DNA of 64,000 nucleotides, taken from Candidatus Multivorans azotirespirans. GTDB lineage: Bacteria; Acidobacteriota; Thermoanaerobaculia; Multivoradales; Multivoraceae. Numbering within the stretch: position 1 is the stretch's first letter; each line of letters begins with the position of its first letter. Below are positions 10,701 to 20,800 of this stretch, piece after piece. The translations under genes and the position numbers were made by a program. Location of the stretch: NCBI GenBank assembly GCA_027493095.1, contig JAPVXD010000159.1, forward strand, positions 21,577 to 85,576. The letters run 5' to 3'. The notes under the pieces are model-generated. The model searched no databases. It was not told the origin of the DNA and saw nothing but the letters and a program-made list of their open reading frames with translations.

Positions 10701-11634
10701 GACCTTGCACGCCGACCAGCCTGTTTCCCAAGTCGAACACCCGCCCGCGGCGAAGCCCGGTGACCGGGTGGGGATCGCCGCGCTCTCGGGCCGAATCGAC
10801 CCGGACCGCCTGGCCGCGGGCGTCGTCGCGCTGGAGGACCTCGGGTTCGAGGCGGTCCTTGCTGCGAACCTGCGGCCCGAGGCGTCGCTCAGCGGCCGGC
10901 CATTGTTCGCGGGTGCGGACCGGGAGCGGCTCGAAGCCTTCCATGAACTGGCGGCAGACGAGTCGATCGCGGCGATCGTCTTCGCGCGCGGGGGCTACGG
11001 CGTTCCGCGGATCCTCGGACACGTCGACTGGGCCCTGCTTGCGTCCAGGCCACGTCCGTACGTCGGCTACTCGGACCTGACGCCACTGCTCCTGGGCCTG
11101 GTCTCGAAAACGGGAACAATGGCTTTCCACGGTCCTATGGCGGTCGACTTCGCGCGGGGTCTCCTGCCGGAGGAGCGGCGTTCCTTCCTGGACGCGCTGG
11201 CCGGCCGGCTTCCGGACGCCTGGCCGCTCGAAGCGGTTTCCGTGGGATCGTCGGCCGGCCGACCTCCGGCAATCGAGGGCCGCCTGCTCGGAGGGTGCCT
11301 CAGCATGCTGGCTGCAACGGTTGGCACGGGGCTGCTGCCGAGCTTCCAGGACTCGATCCTCGTGCTCGAGGACATCGACGAACCGGAGTACCGGATCGAC
11401 CGGCTGCTCACCCAGCTTCGGACATCCGGTCAGGCGACCGGTGTTCGCGCCGTGATCGCCGGCCACTTCACGAATTGCGATGCGCGCGCCAGCCTGATCG
11501 ACTTCGCCGAGTCCCTTGGCGCGCCGCTGTTCGCCGGACTTCCCGCGGGCCACCAGGCGCCGAATCACACCCTGCCGCTGGGCGCCAGCGCGTCCGTCGA
11601 CGTACGGAACGCGACGCTGGAAATCCAACGCTAG
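10699..11634 (+). CDS. ldcA: LD-carboxypeptidase (peptidase S66, muramoyltetrapeptide carboxypeptidase-like)
   Basis: RVGIAALSG, FAGADRERLEAFHEL, ARGGYGVPRIL, VGYSDLTPLL and a C-terminal GH..N.TLPLG motif. The longest ORF (from 10534) runs through rnpB, so I placed the start at the in-frame TTG at 10699. A GTG near 10769 is an alternative. Confidence 0.75.
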   Translation: MTLHADQPVSQVEHPPAAKPGDRVGIAALSGRIDPDRLAAGVVALEDLGFEAVLAANLRPEASLSGRPLFAGADRERLEAFHELAADESIAAIVFARGGYGVPRILGHVDWALLASRPRPYVGYSDLTPLLLGLVSKTGTMAFHGPMAVDFARGLLPEERRSFLDALAGRLPDAWPLEAVSVGSSAGRPPAIEGRLLGGCLSMLAATVGTGLLPSFQDSILVLEDIDEPEYRIDRLLTQLRTSGQATGVRAVIAGHFTNCDARASLIDFAESLGAPLFAGLPAGHQAPNHTLPLGASASVDVRNATLEIQR

Positions 11635-11650
11635 CGGACCGGCGGGGACG

Positions 11651-13804
11651 ATGGACGCGCGCGATCCCATCACCAGTACGCGCGGCGTAGGACCAGTGCT
11701 GGGTCGGCGGCTGGCCGCGGCCGGTTGCCGGCGGATCGTGGATCTGCTCGCTCACCTGCCGCTCCGCTACGAGGACCGTCGCAGCCTTGGCCGGCTGCCG
11801 GGAGCAGACGGCGACGCAACACAGTCCGCGGAGCCCGGTCCTCTGACCGTGGTCGTACGGCTGGAGAACCTGAAACGGCCAGTCTTCTTCAAGGGGAGGG
11901 CCGGGCGGCGACGCTTCTCGCGGGTCGAGGCGGTTGCCTGTGACGGTGCGGCCAGAGTCGGCGTGGTCTGGTTCAACCGCCCCTACCTTGCCCAGCAGCT
12001 CGAGGAGGGCGTGCCCTATCTTCTGCACGGCCCGCTGGGGCGACGCGGTGGAGACGGTCCCTGGCAAATCTCGAATCCATCCGTCGAGCGGATCAGCGCC
12101 GAGAAACCCGGTGGCGGCGGGCTCCGGCCCGTCTACGGCCGGATCGGGGAAGTGCCGCCATCACGAGTCGCCCGGCTCGCTGCCGATGCGATTCGGGGTC
12201 TGAGGGACGCCTCGGGGCCGGACTGGATCGAGGAGTGGCTTCCACGCGAGGAACGCACGAAGCACCAACTGCCCCGATTGGCGAAAGCCCTGACGGAAGT
12301 TCATTCGCCGTCACCGGATGCATCGATCGAGGAATTGAACGCCAGGCGGAGCCCGGCCCATGCCCGCCTCGCCTACGGCGAGTTCCTGCTCCAGCAGTTG
12401 CAGCTCGCCGCTACCCGTCGCCAGCGCCGTCGATCGGGAAAACCCCACCGCTACCGCGCCGACGGCGCCGCGTGGACGGCGGCGACCGGTCTCCTGCCGT
12501 TTCGCCTGACCGGTGGCCAGGAACGGGTGCTCGGGGAGATTGCCGACGATCTCGGCAGGAAGGAGCCCATGCTGCGCCTGGTCCAGGGCGACGTGGGCAG
12601 CGGTAAGACGGTCCTGGCCGCACTCTCCTGTCTCATCGCCGCCCAAAGCGACCTGCAGTCGGCGCTCATGGCACCGACGGAACTCCTGGCCGAGCAGCAC
12701 TTCGCGTCCCTGGAGCGATTGCTGGGCTTCCGAATGACGATCGCCCTCGTCACCTCGAGCCAGCGTGTTGCCAGCGATGGCGGCGCCGTCGAGGAGCGCA
12801 TCGCGGACGGCGGTATCGACCTCGTCGTCGGCACCCACGCGCTGATCGAGGAGCGCACGCGATTCGCGCGGCTGGGCCTTGCGGTGATCGATGAACAGCA
12901 TCGTTTCGGCGTCGTCCAGCGCCAGTCCCTGGCCCGGAAGGGCCTGCGGCCTGACCTCCTGGTCATGACCGCGACCCCGATACCCAGGTCGCTTGCGCTC
13001 ACGGTGTACGGTGATCTCGACGTGTCGATACTGGACGAGATGCCACCGGGTCGCCGCCCGATCGAGACCCGGGTGACGATGGAAGGCGAAATGGAGGAGG
13101 CGGTGAAGGAGGTGCGGCGGCGTCTGGAGAGCGGCGGCCGCGCCTACGTCGTCTTCCCCCTGATCGATGGCGGAGAGGGCACGGCCGCCGGGCTTCCGTC
13201 GCTCAACGAGTCCGGCCCGAACTGGGCGCGCGCGCTCGCGGCTCCCTGCGGCGTGGTTCACGGACGGCTCCGGCGCCAGGAACGGGATGAAACGATGGTC
13301 CGGTTCGCCGGCGGATCGATCCAGGTGCTGCTGGCGACGACCGTGATCGAAGTCGGCGTCGACGTGCCAGAGGCCACGGCCATGGTCATTCTGGGCGCTG
13401 AGCGTTTCGGTCTCGCCCAGTTGCACCAGTTACGCGGTCGGATCGGCCGCGGGACGGATCCGGCGCTGGGAGATCCGCTCTGCATTGCCATCGCGGGAGA
13501 GCCCTCGGCCGAGGCGGAGCGCCGCCTGGAAGTGTTCGCGGCTTCGACCGATGGTTTCCGGATCGCGGAAGAGGATATGCGGCAACGGGGGCCCGGCGAG
13601 ATTCTCGGCACGCGTCAGGCCGGTCTGCCGGAGTTCCGGTTCGGCGACCTGGCGCGCGACTGGACATGGCTGGTCGCGGCACGGCAGGACGCCGCTGAAC
13701 TGCTGGACCGCCTGGCCGATCCCGCAAACGGGGCCCTGCGGCGGCAGTTGGAGCGGCGCATCCCGGGGCTGGCGTCATCGGCCGAGGAAGGCTCTCGCCA
13801 ATGA
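11651..13804 (+). CDS. recG: ATP-dependent DNA helicase RecG
   Basis: Wedge domain, then helicase motifs GDVGSGKT, DEQHRFGV, MTATPIPR and QLHQLRGRIGRG. ATG at 11651 (MDARDPITSTRGVGP). Confidence 0.95.
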   Translation: MDARDPITSTRGVGPVLGRRLAAAGCRRIVDLLAHLPLRYEDRRSLGRLPGADGDATQSAEPGPLTVVVRLENLKRPVFFKGRAGRRRFSRVEAVACDGAARVGVVWFNRPYLAQQLEEGVPYLLHGPLGRRGGDGPWQISNPSVERISAEKPGGGGLRPVYGRIGEVPPSRVARLAADAIRGLRDASGPDWIEEWLPREERTKHQLPRLAKALTEVHSPSPDASIEELNARRSPAHARLAYGEFLLQQLQLAATRRQRRRSGKPHRYRADGAAWTAATGLLPFRLTGGQERVLGEIADDLGRKEPMLRLVQGDVGSGKTVLAALSCLIAAQSDLQSALMAPTELLAEQHFASLERLLGFRMTIALVTSSQRVASDGGAVEERIADGGIDLVVGTHALIEERTRFARLGLAVIDEQHRFGVVQRQSLARKGLRPDLLVMTATPIPRSLALTVYGDLDVSILDEMPPGRRPIETRVTMEGEMEEAVKEVRRRLESGGRAYVVFPLIDGGEGTAAGLPSLNESGPNWARALAAPCGVVHGRLRRQERDETMVRFAGGSIQVLLATTVIEVGVDVPEATAMVILGAERFGLAQLHQLRGRIGRGTDPALGDPLCIAIAGEPSAEAERRLEVFAASTDGFRIAEEDMRQRGPGEILGTRQAGLPEFRFGDLARDWTWLVAARQDAAELLDRLADPANGALRRQLERRIPGLASSAEEGSRQ

Positions 13805-15000
13805 AGGTGCTGCTGGTAGCCAACGTGCTGCCGCCGAGGGACCTGTCCGGGGCCGGGGAGCAGGTGTTGCAGCTTGCCTGGGGCCTGAGGGAGGCTGGTT
13901 GCGAGGTCGAGATCCTGGGTCGGAACCGTTGCGGCCCGAACGTCTCCAAGTCGGCCTTTCCCTGGCGGGCGCGGAGTGCCGTCCGCCGCGTGATCCGGGA
14001 GTGGCGCCCGGACGTGGTGCAGGTACACGAGAGCGATGGCGGTCTGGTGATCCGCGATCTCGCGCGGCTCGACCGCGCTTCGAGGCCGTTGCTGGTGGCG
14101 CTCCAGCAGGTGAGCTACGTGCGGGAGCGTCAGGCGGTCCGTCCCCTCGTCGACCACGACCAGGACGTCAGGGTGGTCGCCCGGCCGGTTCGGAGCGAGC
14201 TGCTGTTCCGCGCACTACGCACTCCCTTGCACATCGCGCTTGGCCGGCTGACGGCGAGGCGATCCGACGTGCGGCTCGCCCCGAGCCGGTCGACCGCGGT
14301 GGAGATCGAGCGCGACTACGGCGTGGAGGGCGTGCGCGTGGTGCCGAACGTCACGGGGGCACCGTTGGGCGCGCCAACGCGGGAATCGGCGCGAGCCCCG
14401 AACCTCGACGAACCGGATGCCGGCGAGCCGTACGTGCTGGCGGTCGGTCGGCTGCGCATACGAAAGGGAACGGAGATCCTGTTGCAGGCCCTGGCTCGGG
14501 TTCGTGATCGCGGGCACCGCATGCGCCTGGTCGTGGCCGGCGACGGCGAGCGTCGCGAGGCCCTCGACGCTCTGTGCCAACAGCTCGGCCTGGACGCCAG
14601 CGTTCACTGGGCGGGACGCTGCTCGCGGTCGGAAACGGCGCGGTTGCGGCGGCGGGCGGCCGCCCTTGTCGTTCCCTCGACCTACGAGGGCATGCCTCTC
14701 GTCATCCTGGAGGCGATGAGCGACGGCGTTCCCGTCATCGCGTCCTCGGTCAGCGGCATCCCCGAGGTCGTGATCGATGGGGAGACGGGCTGGCTGGTGC
14801 CGCCCGAACGCTCGGCCGCGCTCGCTGGAGCGTTGATCGAGGCCATGTCGGATCCCGAAGCGGCGCGAGCTCGGGGCGAGGCGGGGCGGCAACGGCTCGA
14901 TCAGCGATTTCGCCCGCACCATGCGGCCCGGCAGTGGTTCGAGGCTGTCGGCTCGGTCGGCTTTCCGGTGCCCACGATGTGGGAGAATCCACCCGGATGA
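13801..15000 (+). CDS. Glycosyltransferase family 4 (GT-B, GT1-type C-terminal domain)
   Basis: MKVLLVANVLPP N-terminus. C-terminal EGMPLVILEAMSDGVPVIAS and GETGWLV motifs. Overlaps the recG stop by 4 nt. Confidence 0.85.
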   Translation: MKVLLVANVLPPRDLSGAGEQVLQLAWGLREAGCEVEILGRNRCGPNVSKSAFPWRARSAVRRVIREWRPDVVQVHESDGGLVIRDLARLDRASRPLLVALQQVSYVRERQAVRPLVDHDQDVRVVARPVRSELLFRALRTPLHIALGRLTARRSDVRLAPSRSTAVEIERDYGVEGVRVVPNVTGAPLGAPTRESARAPNLDEPDAGEPYVLAVGRLRIRKGTEILLQALARVRDRGHRMRLVVAGDGERREALDALCQQLGLDASVHWAGRCSRSETARLRRRAAALVVPSTYEGMPLVILEAMSDGVPVIASSVSGIPEVVIDGETGWLVPPERSAALAGALIEAMSDPEAARARGEAGRQRLDQRFRPHHAARQWFEAVGSVGFPVPTMWENPPG

Positions 15001-15791
15001 AGCTCGTGGATGGGCACGGCAGCCTGTTGCCGGCGTCGTGGAGGGTCCAGCTCCCTGAGTTCGAGGGACCTCTCGACCTGCTTCTGCACCTCGTTCGCGT
15101 CAACGAGATCGAGATCACGGACATCCCGGTCGCGTTGGTCTGCGACCAGTTCCACGAGTATCTGGCGCTGATGGATGAGCTCGACCTGGACGTCGCCGCC
15201 GAGTACATCTACGAGGCCGCGCTGCTGATTCAGCTCAAGGCCAGGGTGCTGCTACCGCAACCGGAACCGGAACCGGGCGAAACGCCCGAGGATCCCCGAC
15301 GCGAGCTGATCGAACGGCTACTCGAGTACCAGCGGTTGAAGGAGGCGGCGCAGACGCTCGCGGAAGTGGACGATCTCCGTCACGGACTATGGACACGGAG
15401 CGGTACGCAAGCGGCCGTGCCCGGCGACGACGAGGAGGAGTTCGACATGGGGGATCTCTCCCTCTTCGACCTCCTGCAGGTCCTGCGCGACGTGCTGAAG
15501 CGCTACGATGAGGAACATCCGAGCCCGCTGACCTACCGGGGCGAGACGTTCAGCGTTCGAGGCCAGATCGAGAGGCTTCTGCACCGATTCGACGGCGGCC
15601 GGTCACTCGACCTCCAGGACGATCTCTTCGCGCTGTCGAGCCGGGCCGAGGCGATCGCCTGCTTCCTGGCGGTGCTCGAGATGGCGAGACTGAACCTCGT
15701 CCGGCTGCACTCCGCCGGGGGTAGCTCGGTGCTGCTCTTTCGGACGACGCGACCGCTGGATCCGATCTTGCTTGAGGACTTCACCGGATGA
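14997..15791 (+). CDS. scpA: Segregation and condensation protein A
   Basis: LPEFEGPLDLLLHLV..NEIEITDIPVA..QF motif. ATGA overlap with the glycosyltransferase stop. The longer ORF from 14574 is an out-of-frame read-through of the upstream gene. Confidence 0.9.
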   Translation: MKLVDGHGSLLPASWRVQLPEFEGPLDLLLHLVRVNEIEITDIPVALVCDQFHEYLALMDELDLDVAAEYIYEAALLIQLKARVLLPQPEPEPGETPEDPRRELIERLLEYQRLKEAAQTLAEVDDLRHGLWTRSGTQAAVPGDDEEEFDMGDLSLFDLLQVLRDVLKRYDEEHPSPLTYRGETFSVRGQIERLLHRFDGGRSLDLQDDLFALSSRAEAIACFLAVLEMARLNLVRLHSAGGSSVLLFRTTRPLDPILLEDFTG

Positions 15792-16405
15792 CCGATCAGG
15801 CCGAGATGGCGGCGGTGTTCGAGGCGTTGCTCTTCGCGAGCCCGGATCCGCAGCCGGAAGTGAAGCTGCTCGAGGTCTTCCCCGAGGACTCCCGGGAGCA
15901 GGCGCGCGAAGCCCTTCAGACGGTCCTCGACCGCTACCGCGCCGACGAGTCCGGCGCGCGGCCGGAGCGCGGCGTCGTGGTCGATCAGGCGGGGGGCGGT
16001 TACCGCCTGGTCACGCGCCCGGACCTCCATTCCTATCTGCGGAGGTACTTCGACGTTGCCGGACGCAGCAAGCTATCGATGGCCGCGCTGGAGACGCTGG
16101 CCATCGTCGCCTACCGTCAGCCGGTGACCAGCCCCGAGATCCAGGACCTCCGGGGCCGGAACTCCGCCGGCGTTCTCAAGACGCTGCTCGAGCGGCGGTT
16201 GATCCGTATCGCCGGTCGCAAGGAAGTCGTGGGGAGCCCGTTTCTCTACGCCACGACCCGGGACTTCCTCCTTCACTTCGGTCTCCGCTCGCTGTCGGAG
16301 CTGCCGCCGCTCGAGGAGTTCGAGGAGACTTTCCTGGCCGCGGCGGAGGAGGAAGTTCCGCAGGTCGAGCTCACCCTGGCGCCGGCGGACTCAGGGGATG
16401 GCTGA
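15788..16405 (+). CDS. scpB: Segregation and condensation protein B
   Basis: FEALLFASPDP, LSMAALETLAIVAYRQPVTSPEIQDLRG and PFLYATTRDFLLHFGL motifs. Overlaps the scpA stop. Confidence 0.9.
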   Translation: MTDQAEMAAVFEALLFASPDPQPEVKLLEVFPEDSREQAREALQTVLDRYRADESGARPERGVVVDQAGGGYRLVTRPDLHSYLRRYFDVAGRSKLSMAALETLAIVAYRQPVTSPEIQDLRGRNSAGVLKTLLERRLIRIAGRKEVVGSPFLYATTRDFLLHFGLRSLSELPPLEEFEETFLAAAEEEVPQVELTLAPADSGDG

Positions 16406-17228
16406 GCAGCGACGGGGCGAACGCCTCCAGAAGGTCCTTTCCCGAGCGGGAATCGCGTCCCGCCGGGCAGCGGAAGACCTGATCCGGGAAGGGCGGGTCA
16501 CGATCGACGACCGCGTGGCGGTGCTCGGCGACCGGGTTGGCGCGGCCGGGGAACCTCCCGTCACCGTGCTCGTGGACGGTGAGCCGATTCGCCAGAGCGC
16601 TGTCTCGCGATACGTCGTCCTGAACAAGCCCGCCGGTTACGTGACCACCCGCTCCGATCCCGAGGGACGGCCCACGGTGATGGACCTCATCCCCGAAAGG
16701 TGGCGCCGTCGGCTGAAGCCAGTCGGACGCCTCGACTACGGAACCGAGGGGCTGCTCCTGGTGACCGATGACGGCGATCTGGCCTACCGGCTGACTCACC
16801 CCAGCTTCGGCTGCTCCAAACGGTACCTCGCCAAGGTTCGGGGTCTTCCGGGGGATTCCGCGATCGAGCGCCTTCGAGGCGGCATGGTGATCGCGGGTCG
16901 CCGGACCGCACCGATGAGACTGACCCGGGCGCCGGCGCGGCGTGGCGCTCGCCCGGCCCGTGCCTCGAGCTGGTGGCAGATCGAGTTGTTCGAGGGGAGG
17001 ACGCGTCAGATCCGCGAGATGTTCTTCCGCGTCGGGCACCCGGTTCAGCGCCTGCGCCGGGTCGCGATCGGCCGCCTCGAGGATGCGGAGCTTCCGCTCG
17101 GGGCCTGGCGCGAACTCTCCGCCGCTGAACTCTCCGCTCTTCGCACCGGCCCGGGGCCGAGGCCGGGCAGAGGCGCCCCGGGTTCGCGCCGGCGGCAACC
17201 ACGCCAGCGGAAGCCGCGTCGCCGATGA
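16398..17228 (+). CDS. rluB: 23S rRNA pseudouridine synthase, RsuA/RluB family
   Basis: S4 domain (RLQKVLSRAGIASRRAAEDLIREGRV). Catalytic GRLDYGTEGLLL motif. The Arg-rich tail is typical of RluB. Confidence 0.9.
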   Translation: MAEQRRGERLQKVLSRAGIASRRAAEDLIREGRVTIDDRVAVLGDRVGAAGEPPVTVLVDGEPIRQSAVSRYVVLNKPAGYVTTRSDPEGRPTVMDLIPERWRRRLKPVGRLDYGTEGLLLVTDDGDLAYRLTHPSFGCSKRYLAKVRGLPGDSAIERLRGGMVIAGRRTAPMRLTRAPARRGARPARASSWWQIELFEGRTRQIREMFFRVGHPVQRLRRVAIGRLEDAELPLGAWRELSAAELSALRTGPGPRPGRGAPGSRRRQPRQRKPRRR

Positions 17229-17893
17229 CCGTCGTGGCGATCGACGGTCCGGCCGGCGTCGGCAAGAGCACCGTGGCGCGCCGGGTGGCATCGGAGCTCG
17301 GGGTGCCCTACCTCGATACCGGCTCCATGTACCGGGCGGTCGCGTGGAAGGCCCTGGAGGAAGAACTCGACCCGGCCGACGGTCCGGCGATGGGCAGGCT
17401 GATCGCGGGACTCCACTTCGAGTTGCGTCCACGGAATGACGAAGCCGAAGTGGTGGTTGACGGAGCGGTACCGGGCGCCCGGCTCCGAACTCCGGGGGTC
17501 GACGTCGCGACGTCGCGGGTTGCGGTGCACCCGGCGGTTCGTTCCTGGCTTGTTGCGAAGCAGCGCGAGTTTGCCGCCAGGGCGGGCGCCGTGGTCGAGG
17601 GAAGGGACATCGGCACGGTCGTCTTCCCGGAGACCCCGCACAAGTTCTACCTGGAGGCTCCCCTGGAGATACGGGCCGAACGCCGGTTGCGTCAGCTTGC
17701 CGACCGGGAGTGCGGCGACCGCGAGCGGCTGTTGACGGAGATGCGCGCCCGGGACGAACGCGACATCCGCCGCAGCGCGTCGCCGCTGAGGCGCGACGAA
17801 ACCTACGAGCTGATCGACACCTCGACCGGCGACGCGGAGCAGGTCGCGGCCCGGATTCTCCGGTCCGTCCGGGCGGCCGCGACCGGGCCATGA
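17225..17893 (+). CDS. cmk: Cytidylate kinase
   Basis: VAIDGPAGVGKSTVARRVA, YLDTGSMYRA and EGRDIGTVVFP motifs. Confidence 0.93.
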   Translation: MTVVAIDGPAGVGKSTVARRVASELGVPYLDTGSMYRAVAWKALEEELDPADGPAMGRLIAGLHFELRPRNDEAEVVVDGAVPGARLRTPGVDVATSRVAVHPAVRSWLVAKQREFAARAGAVVEGRDIGTVVFPETPHKFYLEAPLEIRAERRLRQLADRECGDRERLLTEMRARDERDIRRSASPLRRDETYELIDTSTGDAEQVAARILRSVRAAATGP

Positions 17894-20800
17894 CCGCCTC
17901 GGCGGCCCGGCGCCGCGGGGGTACGGCCGAGTTTCGCGTCATTCTCGGTCTGTTCGCTCTGTCCGCCGTCCTGTTCGCGGTCGAGCGGTGGCCACGGAGC
18001 AGTGATGATCCACCGCTGCCGACGGACGCTCAGATGGCAGCGATGGAATCGGCATACCGCGACCTCCTCCTGGATCTGCTGGCGGATGCCGAAGGCGCGG
18101 CCGAGAGTGTCCGCCGCACCGTAGGCGTGCCCTTCAGCCCGATTCAGGAGAGGCAGTCGACGCAGGCCAGACAGGGCGTGTTCGAGGAACTGGATCGGGT
18201 CAGCCGCACGGGGGGCCACACGCTGGTTCTGGTCGATCCCGACGATCTGGCGCAGGCCTGGGGCGGGCCGGGACTTCGACACGATCTGCCCCTGGACCGC
18301 CTGCTGCCTGGAGGCATCAACCAGACCGCCGGCTTCACGGCGGTCTCGCTCTATGCGGCGGTCGACATGGGCGCGGGGGAGGGTGGCTGGCGCCTGATCG
18401 TCGGCAACAGCTTCCCGACCGATTCGTTGCCGTTTCCCACACCCTTCGGGCTCAGGCGTCACGACGTCAGGTGGTCAGTTCGAGACCACTCGGCGGAACC
18501 CCTGACGCCGGCTCTCGAGGCCCTCGGAATTCGCGAGCTGGCCCCGCCCGATGGTGTTCCCGGACCGTGGCTGCGACTCCGTTTCGAGCCCGGGCCCGAG
18601 CAGTCGTCGACCATCGGAACGATGCTCGCCCTGGTTGCTTTCGCTCTGGGGGCCGGCCTGTCCATGGTCTGGCTCTTCAGGCGCTGGAGCGCCCGGGCGC
18701 CCGCGAAGCCAAGCCCCGCGGTCGCGATCCTCGGTTTGGGCGGAGCCGCGGCCGCGGTGGGCTACGGTCTCTTCCGGTGGCGGATCTGGGTGACCGACAC
18801 CACCGGTGCGCCACCGGATCCGGGGGCTTCCTTCGGTGGTCCGGTCGGTGACTGGGTGGTGCTGCTGGCGGCATGGTCGATCCTGGCGGTGACCTCGTTC
18901 TGGGCGTTTGGTTGGTCGGAACGTCGGGACTGGATGCATGTCCTGTTGACCGGTGCCGCGGCGGCCGTGGGCGTCGGTCTGCTGGCTGAAGCTACCCACC
19001 GGCCGGCACTGCGCGCGCTGCTTGCCGACAACGTGCGAGAGGGTCTGGACGCTCCGCGTCCGGAGGAAGTCGCGGCACTGGCGGAAACCACGAGCGCGTT
19101 CCTGGCGGCGACCGATCTGAGGATGCTGGCCCTGGGCGATCCGCGCGAGCTCGACGATCACCGGGACCTGGCCCTGGAGCTCTGGAGCCGGTCACCCCTG
19201 GCCGCCTCCGAGATGGTCTCGGCGCTCGCGGTGATCCGGGAGAGCGGTGTTTCGACCTTTTCTTACGGCTTGCCGGTCGATCCGGAGACAGGGAACCTGG
19301 ATGCCGGCAGTGCCCGCTGGCCAGCGGGTGACCTCCCGACCTGGCAGCAGCAGCGGAGCGCCTCGGACGAGTTCTCTTTCGGCTCCGCGGGGCAGGACTG
19401 GGGCACGGTTCGCTTCTGGACGGCGGCCTTGCCGAGAGTCGAGGTCTGGAGCAGTGTCACGTCGGGCGCCGGCGCTGAACTGCAGGTGCGCCTGCTGCGC
19501 GGGGGTCCGGATCGAAGTCCGGGCGGCCCCGTGCCATCGGCGAACGCGGAGCTCGCCTATGTCGACGGCGCGGGACGTCCCCTGGTCTCGCGGTGGCAGG
19601 AGGACTGGTTGCTGCCGTCGCCGTCCGAGTCCGTGGATCCGCGCCGTACCCTGAAGGTGGAGACTCCCGCGGGACCGGCCCTGGCCTGGTTCAGCCCCAC
19701 GGATCTGCCGGGCCTCTGGATCATTGCCCTGCTCCCGGAGGAGTCGGTGGCCGAGCGTCTGTGGCGGTTCGCCACGGTCGCAGCGCGGGTCATGCTGGCG
19801 GTGTCCCTCGTGGCCCTCGCCGTTCTCCTGATCAGCCTGCCCACGGCGAATCTGCGGAGACGCCTGCTACCCGATTTCCGCCGCTACTCGGTCCGGCTCA
19901 CCGCGGTGCTGGCCCTGATCGCCATCGTGCCGTTGACGCTGCTCAACGGACTTCTCTTCCGGAATCTGGCCACGCGCGTTCAGGCGGAGCAGGAGGCGGC
20001 GGGCCGTACCGCGCTCGTGTCGCTCGAGTACGTCCTGACGGACTTTCTTCTCGGTCTGGAGGCAGGATTCTCGATCGACGCCCAGTTGGACGACGAACTT
20101 CTGTCCTGGCTCGCGGAGGTCGTGGGACACGAGGTGAACCTGTACTGGCGCGGCAGCGTCTACGCATCAAGCAAGCCTGACCTCTTCACCGCCGGCCTGA
20201 TGCCGGAACGGATTCCGGGCAACGTTTACAGCAGACTGGCGCTGCTCGGCCATCCGACGGCGGCGCGGGTGCAGACGACGCGGCAGGGCACCTCCTATCT
20301 GGAGCTGTACACGCCGGTCTCCCTGGGCGAGGTGCGCCCGGGGGAATCGGGATTGTTCGTATCCGTGCCGCTGCTGGCCCAGCAGGAGGTGGCCACGCGT
20401 GAACTCGCTGCCCTGAGGCGGCAGGCCCTGGTCGTCACGACCGCGCTGGTCCTGCTGCTGGTCACCGTCGGCGCGCGGCTCGCTCGGGGGTTCACCCGTC
20501 CACTGATGCGGATGATCGCCGGCGCGGACCGCATTGCCGGTGGAGCGGCTTCTCTGGGGTTCTCGCCGCGGGAAACGGAACTCAGGACGCTTGGCGAAGC
20601 AATCGACGGCATGGCGGAGCGAATCGCGTCGACGCGGGCCGATCTGGTCCGGGCGCAGCGACTCGAGGCCTGGGCCGAGATGGCGCGACTGATCGCACAC
20701 GAGGTGAAGAACCCGCTGACGCCGATCCGACTCTCGACCGAACACCTGCGACAGGTGTGGCGGGATGCGCCGGATCGCCTGGAGGAGGTGTTCGATCGCT

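Noticed and set aside
11322-11337. TGGCAC hexamer inside ldcA (TGGCACGGGGCTGCTG) as a sigma-54 promoter
   Set aside because: The -12 element has the wrong spacing (CTGC after N4, no TTGC after N5), and the site is inside a coding region with no downstream start codon.
14574-15000. N-terminal extensions in the longest-ORF track for scpA (14574), the histidine kinase (17710), bactofilin (25242), yraN (32315), feoA (33951), tolC (43419), HPr (56805) and EI (57500)
   Set aside because: These extensions read through the upstream gene or a tRNA in another frame and have artefact-like Arg/Pro/Gly-rich composition. Internal starts that give typical family N-termini, often as ATGA or GTGA stop-start overlaps, fit better.
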